In this document: piece after piece, positions 22,625 to 32,481 of the stretch
Numbering within the stretch: position 1 is the first letter of the stretch
Layout of the letters: the number at the start of each line of letters is the position of its first letter
Source: Deinococcus sp.
GTDB taxonomy: Bacteria > Deinococcota > Deinococci > Deinococcales > Deinococcaceae
Direction of reading: 5' to 3'
DNA: 64,000 nucleotides
NCBI GenBank assembly: GCA_965261005.1
Contig: OZ253376.1
Span: 160,001-224,000, forward strand
The notes under the pieces: model-generated
What the model was told of the DNA's origin: nothing
The model's database searches: none
What the model saw: only the letters and a program-made list of their open reading frames with translations
Program-made: the position numbers and the translations under genes

Positions 22625-24088
22625 TCACTTCACCGACGCTTGATCCTTGGCCGGGTTCCAATTGGGAAAGGTGAAGTCGGCGCGCGTCACCTTGCTGCCG
22701 CCCTTGCGCGCGGCGGCGATGGCGTCGTCGAGGGCCTGGTTGTAGCGGTCCTCCAAGTCTTTCAGGACGCCCGGCACGTCGCTCTTCTTGAGCTGCCCGG
22801 TGTAGGCCGCCAGCACGTAGTACTCCAAGTTGGGCGTCGGCTCCTGAAACTTCACGTCGGCGAGTTGCGGGCGCAGCGCGTTAAAGGCGGGCGCGACGCG
22901 GCCGTTCGAGATCAGCACGCGGGCGGCGTCGCCGGCGCGGCCGGTCGCGAGCTTGGCCGTGTCGGGCCACACCCGCACCGCCTCGCCGTAACTTACCCAG
23001 CGGTCGGCCGAGGCGCGCGAGTTCAGGAACGAAAAGAGCTTCCAAGCCTCTTCCGGGTGCTGGGTCTTGCTGGAGATCGCCAGCTCGAAGCTCGCCGGAA
23101 TGGTGCGGTAATAGGCGGTAGAGGACGGCCCGCCCTTCACCGGCAGCGTGGCGACGGTGTAGTCATCGAAGCCCGGGTTGGTCTGCTTCAGGGACGGCAC
23201 CACCCACGACCCGTTGACGTACATGCCGAACTTGCCCTCCGCAAACACCGGGCGAATCTGCTCGTCGTTGAGGCTGATGGACTGCGGCAGAATGGTGCCG
23301 TCATTCTTCATGTCAATCCAGCTCTCGAACCACTGCCGAAAGAGGGGGTTGGAGGCGAACTCGAAGCGGCCGGTCTTGTAGTTGAAGTAGTAGTAGCCGA
23401 GGTCGGTGTTGCCCGGCGCGGGCACGCCGGAAGCGCGCAAACTCTGCATCTGGATGTTGAGCACGTAGTCGCCCTGCTTGGCCCCGAAGCCCAGGCCGTA
23501 CACCTTGCCGCCCGAGCGCTGGGCGATCTGCTGGGCGAACTTGCGCGCCTGCGCCCAGGTCTTGGGCACCAGCACCTTGCCGCCGGCGTCCACCAAGCCC
23601 GCGTCGCGAAAGACCTTGTTGTTGATGTAGAGCGCCAGGTAGTTGGCAGCGTTGGACACCCACGGCGCGGAATACACCTTGCCGTCAAAGACGTTGACGC
23701 CCTCGGCAAAGGAGTTCGCCGGAAAGCCGGCCTGCCACTGCGGGGTGGCCCACTTGTTGAGCGGCAGCAGCCACCCGCTGTTGATGGCGTCCTGAATAGT
23801 CACCCCGCCGTCGGTGGGCACCACGAACACGTCGGGCGCGTTGCCGCTCTTAAAGGCGAGGTTGACCACTTGGGTGTACTGCTGGCCCGAGGTGGGCGTG
23901 ATCTCGACCTTGATGCCGGGGTTCTGCTTTTCAAACAGCGCGATCTCCTTTTGAAAGGAATCGCTCGAAGCGATGCGGTTGTGCCACAGCTTGAGGACGA
24001 CGGGCTGTTGCGCCTGTTGCAGGGCGCGGCCCGCCAGCAGGGCGGCGCTGAGCGCGAGGGCGGTGCGAATAACCTTGGTGTAGGGCAT
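22625..24088 (-). CDS. Sugar ABC transporter substrate-binding protein
   Basis: Signal peptide, 'FEKQNPGIKV', 'APDVF', 'HPEEAWKLFSFL'; AGGAGG RBS. Confidence 0.88.
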   Translation of the reverse strand: MPYTKVIRTALALSAALLAGRALQQAQQPVVLKLWHNRIASSDSFQKEIALFEKQNPGIKVEITPTSGQQYTQVVNLAFKSGNAPDVFVVPTDGGVTIQDAINSGWLLPLNKWATPQWQAGFPANSFAEGVNVFDGKVYSAPWVSNAANYLALYINNKVFRDAGLVDAGGKVLVPKTWAQARKFAQQIAQRSGGKVYGLGFGAKQGDYVLNIQMQSLRASGVPAPGNTDLGYYYFNYKTGRFEFASNPLFRQWFESWIDMKNDGTILPQSISLNDEQIRPVFAEGKFGMYVNGSWVVPSLKQTNPGFDDYTVATLPVKGGPSSTAYYRTIPASFELAISSKTQHPEEAWKLFSFLNSRASADRWVSYGEAVRVWPDTAKLATGRAGDAARVLISNGRVAPAFNALRPQLADVKFQEPTPNLEYYVLAAYTGQLKKSDVPGVLKDLEDRYNQALDDAIAAARKGGSKVTRADFTFPNWNPAKDQASVK

Positions 24089-24139
24089 GAACTCCTCCTG
24101 GTATGGCGTTGGGTAATGAAGGGATGAAGGGTGGCTTGT

Positions 24140-25162
24140 TCAGGCGGGCGGGCCGGTGGAATCCCGCACCACCAAGCGGCTGGGCAACTCGATGTGGCGT
24201 TCCTGGGTGGTGCCCGCGAGCAAATCGAGCAGCAGCGTGGCGGCCTGATGACCGAGGTCGTGCAGCGGGTGATGGACGGTGGTGAGCGCCGGCCGCACCT
24301 GGCCCGCCATCGGCACGTCGTCGAAGCCGACCACCGAGAGGTCCCCCGGCACCCGCAGGCCCCGTTCGCGGGCCGCCTCGATCACCCCAAAGGCGCAGAA
24401 GTCGTTGGCGGCGAAAATGGCGCTGGGCGGCTGCGGCAAGTCGAGCAGCGCGTGCCCCGCTCCCCGCCCCTGCGGCACGTGCAGCCCGCCCGGATGCAGC
24501 AGCGCCGGATCGAAGGGCAGGCCCGCCGCCGCGAGGGCCGCCTGGTACCCTTCCAGCCGCAAGGCGCCGTCGGGCCGCTCGGGGCTGAGCGCTGAGTCCG
24601 GCCGCCCCGTCACGAAGCCGATGCGGCGGTGGCCGAGGGCGAGCAGGTGTTCTGTGGCGGCGCGCGCCCCAAGCAGGTTCTCGGGATTGACGGTGGGCAG
24701 GTCACCCACGTTCCAGGCATTGATCAGCACGACCGGCGCGCGGCTGTACTGAAGCTGCCCGAGGAGGCCGGGGGAGCCGTGCGGCGCGACGATGATCAGC
24801 CCGTCCGAGACCCCGCTCGATAAGGTGGCGACCCGCGCCCGCTCGCGCTCCGGGTCGTTCGAGGAGGTGTACAGCACCAAGTCGAGGCCGCGCTCGCGAA
24901 TGGCCTCGCTGGCCCCGCGCACGATCTCAGCGAAGTAGGGGTTGCTCAGGTCCTGCACCAAGAGGCCCAAGATGTCGGTGCGCCCGCCGCGCAGGCTGCG
25001 GGCGGCGGCGTTGGCCACGTATCCAAGTTGGCCCGCAGCCTCGATGACCCGGGCGCGGGTGTGCTCGGAAATCCGGTCGCGGCCGTTGAGCGCTTTGGAC
25101 ACGGTCATAGAGGAAACCCCGGCGAGTCTGGCCACGTCGGCGACGGTGACGGCTTTGCGCAT
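24140..25162 (-). CDS. LacI family transcriptional regulator
   Basis: 'TVADVARLAGVSSMTVSKAL', 'VPGDLSVVGFDD'. Confidence 0.93.
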   Translation of the reverse strand: MRKAVTVADVARLAGVSSMTVSKALNGRDRISEHTRARVIEAAGQLGYVANAAARSLRGGRTDILGLLVQDLSNPYFAEIVRGASEAIRERGLDLVLYTSSNDPERERARVATLSSGVSDGLIIVAPHGSPGLLGQLQYSRAPVVLINAWNVGDLPTVNPENLLGARAATEHLLALGHRRIGFVTGRPDSALSPERPDGALRLEGYQAALAAAGLPFDPALLHPGGLHVPQGRGAGHALLDLPQPPSAIFAANDFCAFGVIEAARERGLRVPGDLSVVGFDDVPMAGQVRPALTTVHHPLHDLGHQAATLLLDLLAGTTQERHIELPSRLVVRDSTGPPA

Positions 25163-25214
25163 GCTCTCCTTTCGGTCATTTCAGGCTGGCCCAGAAGGAT
25201 AGGACTGGAAAGCA

Positions 25215-25314
25215 GAGTTAACGTTAACTCACTGGATTCTGCCAGCCGACGGGCGGTATTGCGGGTTGGGTTAGCGTTAACTCGTAGGGTAAACGCGGCT
25301 GTGGCGGTTGTCAA
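25215..25314 (-). promoter_or_regulatory. Sigma70-like promoter (TTGACA-N17-TACCCT) with two LacI-type operators
   Basis: -35 at 25309-25314, -10 at 25286-25291; palindromes GAGTTAACGTTAACTC (25215-25230) and GGGTTAGCGTTAACTC (25268-25283) with central CG. Confidence 0.75.
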
Positions 25315-25541
25315 GAGAGAAGACGTCGTCTCTAGTCTGGACGACCAGCGCGGATCAGGGCGGGGTCCACCAAGCTGCCGCCCACCCCGAGGGCCGGCGC
25401 CCCCGCCTCCAGGGGAATGTGGCTCAGCGGCCCCTCTTGCAGCGGCTGAAACAGCGCCATAGCTTCGCCCAGCGTCACCACATCGGTCGTCACCTTCGGT
25501 CTCCCACGAACAATTCTACGTTCGGCCCGCTGACGCTGGAA

Positions 25542-26273
25542 TTACCACGGCATGGGGCCGTCAATGTTGAAGAAGCCGGCGGTTGGCCCATCCTCCGGCA
25601 GCGTGGCGAGGCGCACGGCGGGGATGGCCCCGTCCTGCACGCTGTTGAAACCCTGCTGTCCGGTCAGGTCGGTGGCCACGTAGCCGGGGTCCGCGCTGTT
25701 CACCTTGATGCCCTCCGCCCGCAGTTCGTTGGCGAGCTGCACGGTCACGGCGTTGAGGGCCGCTTTGCTGGCGGCGTAAGCCAACTGCCAATAGGCTGAG
25801 CGCAGATTCTCCGGGTCGCTGGTGAGGGTCAGTGACCCCATCGCGCTCCCCATGTTCACGATGCGGGCGGCGTCCGAGCGGCGCAGCAGCGGCAACATGG
25901 CCTGCGTGACCCGCACCACGCCGAACACGTTGGTGTCGAAGGTGCGCTGCATGGTCGAGAGGGGCAACTGGCTGGGCGGCAAGTCGTCCAGCAGGACGCC
26001 CACGTTGTTGACCAGCACGTCGAGTTTGCCGAAACGTTCGGTAAGCATAGCGGCGGCGGCGGCGACGCTGGCTTCATCCGTCACGTCCAGCGCCATGAAT
26101 TCGACACTGAGGCTCTCGGCACGCAAGGTCTCGGCGGCCTGCTCACCACGGGCCGGGTCGCGGGCGCCGAGCAGCACCAGGTGGCCCTGTTGACCCAGCT
26201 GGCGGGCGACTTCAAAGCCGATTCCCTTGTTGGCACCGGTCACCAAAGCGGTGGGGTTGGTCGTTGCTGTCAT
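25542..26273 (-). CDS. SDR oxidoreductase (carbonyl reductase-like)
   Basis: 'TGANKGIG', 'YAASK', 'DPGYVATDL'. Confidence 0.9.
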   Translation of the reverse strand: MTATTNPTALVTGANKGIGFEVARQLGQQGHLVLLGARDPARGEQAAETLRAESLSVEFMALDVTDEASVAAAAAMLTERFGKLDVLVNNVGVLLDDLPPSQLPLSTMQRTFDTNVFGVVRVTQAMLPLLRRSDAARIVNMGSAMGSLTLTSDPENLRSAYWQLAYAASKAALNAVTVQLANELRAEGIKVNSADPGYVATDLTGQQGFNSVQDGAIPAVRLATLPEDGPTAGFFNIDGPMPW

Positions 26274-26354
26274 GTGTTCCTCCTGAATAGACTGATCTGT
26301 TTATACGGAGATTATAAGAAAAGACATGCGCCCCTGCCAAAGACGCGCTGAAAG

Positions 26355-26936
26355 CTAGCGCAACACTTTGCGAAAAGTGATGTCGAGAAAAGTCTGAAGG
26401 GGATCGGCCGACCGTTGGGTTTTCATCTGCATCAAGGCCCCCTCCCACGCGTCGAGCACGAAGCCGGCGAGCCGCTCGGCCGATTCTTCCGGATCGAGTT
26501 CTGCGGCCTGCTGGGCCTCCAACAGACAGGCAACAAGCTGCCCTCGCCAGCGCCGGAACAACGAGGCCAGCGCCGTTCTGGCGGCCTCGTCGCGCCCTGA
26601 CAATTCCTGGCTGAGCATGCCGAGCACACACCCGTAGGCACACCCCTCCTGTACAAGCACGGCGATCATCGCCTCGAAGTAGGCCCGCAGACGGTGCAAC
26701 GGCGACCTCGACTCGTCGTGCAGGTAGGGTTCAAAGGCGAGCGATCCGTCCTCGTGCCAGCGGGTCGCCACGGTCAGCATAAATTCGTGCTTGTTCTCGA
26801 AGTGGTGATAGAACGAGCCGCGGGGTACGTCGGCCTTCGCCAAAATGGCGTGGGTTCCCGCGTATTCATAGCCTCCTTCCCGAATCAAGGAGACGCCTGC
26901 ATTGATCAAAGCTTCGCGCGCATCTCCATAAGCCAT
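26355..26936 (-). CDS. TetR family regulator (NemR-like)
   Basis: 'ILAKADVPRGSFYHHFENK', 'GCVLG', 'WEGAL'. Confidence 0.85.
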   Translation of the reverse strand: MAYGDAREALINAGVSLIREGGYEYAGTHAILAKADVPRGSFYHHFENKHEFMLTVATRWHEDGSLAFEPYLHDESRSPLHRLRAYFEAMIAVLVQEGCAYGCVLGMLSQELSGRDEAARTALASLFRRWRGQLVACLLEAQQAAELDPEESAERLAGFVLDAWEGALMQMKTQRSADPLQTFLDITFRKVLR

Positions 26937-26946
26937 GCGCGAACAA

Positions 26947-26962
26947 TAGACCGATGTGTCTA
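26947..26962. promoter_or_regulatory. TAGAC-N6-GTCTA operator; related copy at 26288-26303
   Basis: TAGACCGATGTGTCTA upstream of the TetR gene and TAGACTGATCTGTTTA upstream of the SDR gene. Confidence 0.6.
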
Positions 26963-27045
26963 TTTTGTCAAGTGAGGCCCAAGTTGGATGGCCGAAGGGC
27001 GACGGCCCGGCCAAAAGGTCCGCGCAGGGTCGGCGCCGGAAAAGG

Positions 27046-27639
27046 TCAGGGCGGGGCCAGAAAGCGGGTGATCAGCACGCGCAGCAGTTCGGCGGTCGTC
27101 GCCGGATCGAGCGACGGATCGCGCACCGCCGTGATCACAAAGCTGTCGATCACCCCCGTCAGAATGGACGCCGCCGCGTCAGGTTCAAGCGACGGGTCGA
27201 TCTCGCCCCGCACCTGACCGGCGCGCAACGCGTCCGCGAGCAGCTGCCGTATGCCCTGGCTGTGTGCCTGCACGAGTCGGGCGATGGCCGGATTGCGCCC
27301 CGCCTCCACGAGCATGTCGAGCACCAGGACCGTTCCACCGTTCTCATTGCGCGCCTTGGTCCGCTGCATTCCGGCCATCAGCGCCGCGAGGGCGTCCGAA
27401 CTCGCCATCGTCTGGCCGAACTGTTCGGCGGCGCGCTCCAGCACCGCTTCCACGATGGCCTCCAGAATCGCGTCCTTGCTCGCGAAGTAATGGTAGAGGT
27501 GCCCAGGACTGATGCCCGCCTCGGCGCAGATGCCGGAAATGGACGCCCCCCGCAGCCCATCGCGGGCAAAGCAGCGCGTGGCGGCGGCCAGAATCTCCCG
27601 CCGCTTTTCCCCGTGCTTGACCGGATTGACTGTACGCAT
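27046..27639 (-). CDS. TetR family regulator
   Basis: 'ICAEAGISPGHLYHYFASK'. Confidence 0.88.
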   Translation of the reverse strand: MRTVNPVKHGEKRREILAAATRCFARDGLRGASISGICAEAGISPGHLYHYFASKDAILEAIVEAVLERAAEQFGQTMASSDALAALMAGMQRTKARNENGGTVLVLDMLVEAGRNPAIARLVQAHSQGIRQLLADALRAGQVRGEIDPSLEPDAAASILTGVIDSFVITAVRDPSLDPATTAELLRVLITRFLAPP

Positions 27640-27672
27640 CGCCCCAGTCTACGAAAACCACTCTAAGAAAAC

Positions 27673-27752
27673 CAGAACGTTCAGTCTAACAATCTTGACG
27701 TGGCCCCGGTTCCTCCGTAAAGTAAAGCGTTCACTCTAGAGCGTTTGATCTA
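27673..27752 (+). promoter_or_regulatory. Promoter (TTGACG-N17-TAAAGT) with three related 16-bp operator-like boxes
   Basis: CAGAACGTTCAGTCTA, TAAAGCGTTCACTCTA and TAGAGCGTTTGATCTA in the TetR/AKR divergent spacer. Confidence 0.6.
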
Positions 27753-27862
27753 GAAATAGCGGGACGGTGAACTCAGGGCGTCGGGTTGGGCTGGCCCAGC
27801 CGACCGTCGTCCCGGTCCCTCTTTTGACGTCGCGGCGTAGCGCGGTGACCTGGAGAAGCACG

Positions 27863-28837
27863 ATGGAAATGAAACGTCTCGGCAAGAACGGCCCGCAGGT
27901 TTCGGCGTTGGGCCTCGGTTCCCACGGCGCGGTCAACACCCCCCAGAGTGACGCGGAACTGGTCGCCACCATTCACGCGGCGCTGGACGCGGGCATCAAC
28001 TTCCTGAACACCGCCGACTTCTACGGCAGCGGTCACCACGAAGCCCTGATCGGCCGCGCCATCAAAGGGCGCCGGGCGGAGGTCTTGCTCAGCGTCAAGT
28101 TCGGCATGATGCTTTCGCCGTCGGGCGGGTTTCTCGGCCTCGACGGCCGCCCGGCCGCCGTCAAGAACTTCGCGGCGTACTCCCTCCAGCGCCTGGGCGT
28201 GGACGTGATCGATATGTACCAGCCGGGCCGCCCCGATCCGGCGGTGCCGTACGAGGAGACCATCGGCGCGATTAAAGAGCTGATCCAGGAAGGCTGGGTG
28301 CGCTATCTGGGCGTCTCCGAGGTGGGAACCGACCACTTGCGCCGCGCCCACCGCGTCCACCCCGTCACCGCGTTGGAAATCGAGTATTCCCTGGCGGCGC
28401 GCTTTGTCGAGCCGGAGATTCTGCCGGCCGCGCGGGAACTGGGCGTCGGCGTCGTGCCGTACCGGGTGCTGGCCGACGGGCTGCTGAGCGGGGCGCTGAC
28501 GAGTGAGCCGGAGCGGGGCGCCGGGGGCTTCGTGGCCCCGCGCTCGCAGGGCGAGAACCTGAGGCACAACGTCGCGGTCGCCGCGTTCCTCAAGGAGATG
28601 GCAACCGACAAGGGGTACACGCCCGCGCAGCTGGCCGTCGCCTGGCTGCTGGCCCAAGGGGACGACATCATCCCGCTGGTGGGCATGCGCAGACGAGCGC
28701 GCCTGGCCGAGAACCTCGCCATTCTCGACATCCGCTTCACGCCGGACGAACTGGCCGCGCTGAACCGGGCCTTTGCGCCCGGCGCGATTCTGGGCGACCG
28801 CTACCCGGCCTTTGTGCAGCAGCTCGCGGCCAAGTGA
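27863..28837 (+). CDS. Aldo/keto reductase
   Basis: 'VSALGLG', 'NTADFYG', 'VRYLGVSE', 'QLAVAWLL'. Confidence 0.9.
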   Translation: MEMKRLGKNGPQVSALGLGSHGAVNTPQSDAELVATIHAALDAGINFLNTADFYGSGHHEALIGRAIKGRRAEVLLSVKFGMMLSPSGGFLGLDGRPAAVKNFAAYSLQRLGVDVIDMYQPGRPDPAVPYEETIGAIKELIQEGWVRYLGVSEVGTDHLRRAHRVHPVTALEIEYSLAARFVEPEILPAARELGVGVVPYRVLADGLLSGALTSEPERGAGGFVAPRSQGENLRHNVAVAAFLKEMATDKGYTPAQLAVAWLLAQGDDIIPLVGMRRRARLAENLAILDIRFTPDELAALNRAFAPGAILGDRYPAFVQQLAAK

Positions 28838-28955
28838 GCGGGGCAGGGACTTTCCAGAACCCGCGTAAGACGTATCTTTAAGGCGTCGGGCAGGGCGCGC
28901 GCCGCTTCCCCACCACCCGCAGCAAACCGCCGCTTATCTTTCAAAGGAGAACCTT

Positions 28956-29849
28956 ATGACCGCCATGACCCAGCCCGCCGCCCAAGCCGGCACCTATACC
29001 CTCGGAGACCGCAGCGTGAACCGCATGGGGTACGGGGCTATGCAGCTCGCCGGTCCCGGCGTCTTCGGCCCGCCGCGCGACCCGGACGCCGCCCTGGCCG
29101 TGCTGCGTGAGTCCATTGAGTTGGGCGTCAACCACATCGATACCAGCGACTTCTACGGGCCGCACGTCACCAACCAGGCCATCCGGCAGGCCCTCCAGCC
29201 CTACCCGGGTGAGCTGGTAATCGTGACCAAGGTCGGCGCGCGCCGCCCCGAGGATGGGTCCTGGGTCCCGGCCATGTCGAGGCCGGAGCTGCAACAGGCC
29301 GTCCACGACAACCTGCGAAACCTCGGCCTCGACGCGCTGGACGTCGTGAACCTTCGCATGATGGGCGGCGGGGCGGGACATGGGCCGGTGGAGGAATCGG
29401 TCTCGGAGCCGTTGATGGCCCTGGCCGAGCTGAAGGAGCAAGGGCTGATCCGGCACCTGGGCCTGAGCAACGTCACGCCCGCGCAGCTGGCCGAGGCGCA
29501 GACCATCAGCGAGATCGTCTGCGTGCAGAACATGTACAACCTGGCGCACCGGGAGGACGACGCCTTCATTGACGAGCTGGCGCGCCAAGGCATCGCCTAC
29601 GTGCCGTTTTTCCCGCTGGGCGGGTTCTCGCCGCTTCAGTCGAACACGCTGAACGAGGTGGCCGCCGATCTCGGCACCTCGCCGAATGCGGTGGCGCTGG
29701 CCTGGCTCCTCCGGCGCTCGCCCAACATCCTGCTGATTCCCGGCACCTCGTCACCAGCGCACCTGCGCGAGAACGTCGCCGCCGCCACGCTCACCTTGCC
29801 GGAAGACGTGTTGGCGCAGCTCGACGGGGTCGCTGCTCAGTCAAGCTGA
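28956..29849 (+). CDS. Aldo/keto reductase (YdbC-like)
   Basis: 'RMGYGAMQL', 'IDTSDFYG', 'LIPGTSS..HLREN'. Confidence 0.9.
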   Translation: MTAMTQPAAQAGTYTLGDRSVNRMGYGAMQLAGPGVFGPPRDPDAALAVLRESIELGVNHIDTSDFYGPHVTNQAIRQALQPYPGELVIVTKVGARRPEDGSWVPAMSRPELQQAVHDNLRNLGLDALDVVNLRMMGGGAGHGPVEESVSEPLMALAELKEQGLIRHLGLSNVTPAQLAEAQTISEIVCVQNMYNLAHREDDAFIDELARQGIAYVPFFPLGGFSPLQSNTLNEVAADLGTSPNAVALAWLLRRSPNILLIPGTSSPAHLRENVAAATLTLPEDVLAQLDGVAAQSS

Positions 29850-29916
29850 CAGAACGGACTGCGGAGGGTCCGCCTCCACATCTCGTTTGGACGCGAGTAG
29901 GCACCGAGGGGAAAAG

Positions 29917-30050
29917 ATAAAGCAGTCAGATTTGACGAATATGGCGATGAACATGTCTTACAAGTGCGTGACGTGCCTGACCCGCAGGTGACCCAGGGGC
30001 GGGTGCTGGTGCGGGTCAGGGCGGCGGGCACCAATCCGGGTGAAGCCGCC
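29917..30050 (+). pseudogene. N-terminal remnant of an NADPH:quinone reductase (MDR family)
   Basis: Reads KAVRFDEYGDEHVLQVRDVPDPQVTQGRVLVRVRAAGTNPGE; start codon damaged; truncated at the end of the converging ABC gene. Confidence 0.65.
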
Positions 30051-30052
30051 TC

Positions 30053-31570
30053 TTACTTTCCCGCGAGCCAGGCGGCGCGCAGCCCCAGGTAAGACGTGTT
30101 GGAAAAGTGCTGATAGCCCTTCACGTTTTGGCGGCTGGCCTCGTACTGCGCCGAGGTGTAGAGAAAGGCCATCGGACTCAGCTCGATCAGGCGCTTCTGC
30201 ACTTGGTCGTAGATGGCCTTGCGCGCGCCCGCACCCGTGGTGGCGCGGCCCTTTTCTAAGAGGGCGTCGAGCGTCTTGTCGCCGAAGTTGAGCAGGTTGC
30301 CGCCGCTGTCGCTCTTAAAGGGGGTGTAGAGGTAGTCGTCGGGGTCCCCCTGGCCGGACTCGCCCAAAATGGTGGCGTCGTAATCCTTTTTGATGATCTC
30401 GGGCAGGTAGACGCTCCACTCCTCGGCGGTGATTTTGACCTGGATGCCCAGCGGCGCCAGCTGCGCCTGGATGATCTCGGCGGGCGTGCGCAGAAAGTCG
30501 TAGGTGGAGGTCACCTTGAGGTTCATGGGAAAGCCGTTCGCGTACCCGGCCTCCTTGAGCAGGGCGCGCGCCTTGTCGAGGTTGGGCTTGCCGTAGCCCG
30601 GGTCGGCGTAGGCGTAGTAATTCCCCCCCGGGATAGTCGAACCCTGCGACGGGAGACCGCCCGTGCCCAGCAGCGCCACGTCCACGATCTCGGGGTCGTT
30701 GAGGGCGTAGGCGACGGCCCGGCGCACCCGCGCGTCGTCGAAGGGTTTGACCTTGGCGTTGAAGAAGATCGCCCGGTAATTGGCGCTGGGGCCGCCCTCA
30801 ACCATGATCTGCTTGTCCGCTTGCAAGGTCTTCACGTCGGTGGCCGGCACGTACTCGATCCAGTCCACGCTGCCGGTGCGCAGGGCGGTCACGCGGGCGG
30901 TCGGGTCGGACAGGTAGCTGTAGGTGACGCCGTCGAGGTACGGCAGCTTGTTCCCCTTCGCGTCCCTGCCCCAGAAGTTGGGATTTTTCTTGAGGACCAT
31001 GCGGGTCTGCGGCACGTACTCCTGAAACACGAAGGGGCCGGTACCGACCGGCTTGGTGTTCAGGGTGGCGGCGGCCTCTTTTGGAACCACCACGTTGAGG
31101 CTAAAGGCGAGCTTGGCGAGCAGCGGCGAGAAGGGCTTTTTGAGCTTGAAGACGGCCGTGTTTGGCCCCGTCGCCGTCACGGAGTCCACCACGTCGAAGT
31201 CGCCGCTTCTGGGCGACTTGGTGGCCGGGTCCTTGATGCGGTTGATGGAGTAGGCCACGTCGGCGGCCGTCATGCTGCGGCCGTTGTGGAACTTGACACC
31301 GCTCCTGATGGTGAAGGTCCAGGTCAGGCCGTCTTTGCTGGTGGTCCACTTGGTCGCCAGCGACGGCACGATCTTGCCCTCGGCGTCAAAGGCGACCACG
31401 GTGTCGTAGACGTTCTCCAACTGGTTGCGGGTGGAGGTGGCCTGGGTGACGTGCGGATCGAGGCCCACCGGGTCGGCCTGCATCCCGGCGCGCAGGGTGC
31501 CGCCGTAGGTCTGGGCCTGAGCGAGGCTGCCGAACGCGAGGGCAAAACCGAGCAAGACAACTCTATTCAT
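30053..31570 (-). CDS. ABC substrate-binding protein, family 5
   Basis: Signal peptide, 'GLDPH', 'FTIRSGVKFHNG', 'PVGTGPF'. Confidence 0.92.
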   Translation of the reverse strand: MNRVVLLGFALAFGSLAQAQTYGGTLRAGMQADPVGLDPHVTQATSTRNQLENVYDTVVAFDAEGKIVPSLATKWTTSKDGLTWTFTIRSGVKFHNGRSMTAADVAYSINRIKDPATKSPRSGDFDVVDSVTATGPNTAVFKLKKPFSPLLAKLAFSLNVVVPKEAAATLNTKPVGTGPFVFQEYVPQTRMVLKKNPNFWGRDAKGNKLPYLDGVTYSYLSDPTARVTALRTGSVDWIEYVPATDVKTLQADKQIMVEGGPSANYRAIFFNAKVKPFDDARVRRAVAYALNDPEIVDVALLGTGGLPSQGSTIPGGNYYAYADPGYGKPNLDKARALLKEAGYANGFPMNLKVTSTYDFLRTPAEIIQAQLAPLGIQVKITAEEWSVYLPEIIKKDYDATILGESGQGDPDDYLYTPFKSDSGGNLLNFGDKTLDALLEKGRATTGAGARKAIYDQVQKRLIELSPMAFLYTSAQYEASRQNVKGYQHFSNTSYLGLRAAWLAGK

Positions 31571-31605
31571 ATGGACTCCTTACGCGCTGCTTCTATGCAC
31601 TGCTT

Positions 31606-32481
31606 CTATGCATTGCGCAGCCGCGGGTCGAGCACGTCCCGCAGCCCGTCGCCGAGCAGGTTGAAGCCGAGCACCGTCAGCATAATCGCGAGGCCGGGAC
31701 CGAGCGAAATCCAGGGGTTGAGTTCCAGGTAGGGGCGCCCGTCGGCGATCATCTGGCCCCAAGCGGGCGCGGGCGGCTGGGTGCCCAGGCCCAGAAACGA
31801 GAGGGCGGCCTCGGCCAGAATGGCGTAGGCCAGGCGCAGCGTCACCTCCACCAAGATGGGGGCGACGGCGTTGGGCAGCACGTGGCGCCACAGCAGGCGC
31901 GCGGGCGCCGCACCCAGGGCGCCGCTCGCCTCCACGAACATGGCCTCGCGCAGCCGCAGCACCGCCGCCCGCGCCACCCGCGCGAAGGGGGCGGTGTAGG
32001 CGATGGCGATGGCGAGGGTCAAATTCCAAAAGCCGCCGCCCAAAAAAGCCAGCAAGGCGATGGCGAGCAGAATGGCCGGAAAGGCCAGCAGCACGTCGGT
32101 CAGCCGCATGATCAGGGTGTCGGCCCAGCCCAGGGTGAAGCCGCCTATGGCCCCCGGCACCCCGCCCAGCAGCAGCGCAAAGGCGACCGACAGCGCCGAC
32201 ACGGAGAGCGACACCCGCGCGCCGAAGACCACCCGCGAAAAGGTGTCGCGGCCATACAAATCGGTGCCGAGCAGGTGCGACAGTTCCGGCCCCTGCATGC
32301 GGTCGAGCGGCTTGTAGGCGACGGGGTCATAGGGGGCGACATACGGGGCGAACACGGCAGAGAGCACCACCGCCAGCACCAGCACCAGGCCGATCACGGC
32401 GCCCGGCGAGCGGAAAAAGAGCCGCAGCGATCTCCTGACCGGGCTGGCCGGCAAAGGGCTGGCTGGCAAGCTGGCGCTCAC
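31606..32481 (-). CDS. Peptide ABC permease, DppC-like
   Basis: 'HLLGTDLYGRD', 'FNLLGDGLRDVLDPR'. Confidence 0.92.
   Translation of the reverse strand: MSASLPASPLPASPVRRSLRLFFRSPGAVIGLVLVLAVVLSAVFAPYVAPYDPVAYKPLDRMQGPELSHLLGTDLYGRDTFSRVVFGARVSLSVSALSVAFALLLGGVPGAIGGFTLGWADTLIMRLTDVLLAFPAILLAIALLAFLGGGFWNLTLAIAIAYTAPFARVARAAVLRLREAMFVEASGALGAAPARLLWRHVLPNAVAPILVEVTLRLAYAILAEAALSFLGLGTQPPAPAWGQMIADGRPYLELNPWISLGPGLAIMLTVLGFNLLGDGLRDVLDPRLRNA

Noticed and set aside
28852..28868. Candidate Deinococcus radiation/desiccation response motif ending CGTAA (also near 14635-14651)
   Set aside because: The left half-sites do not fit the palindromic consensus.
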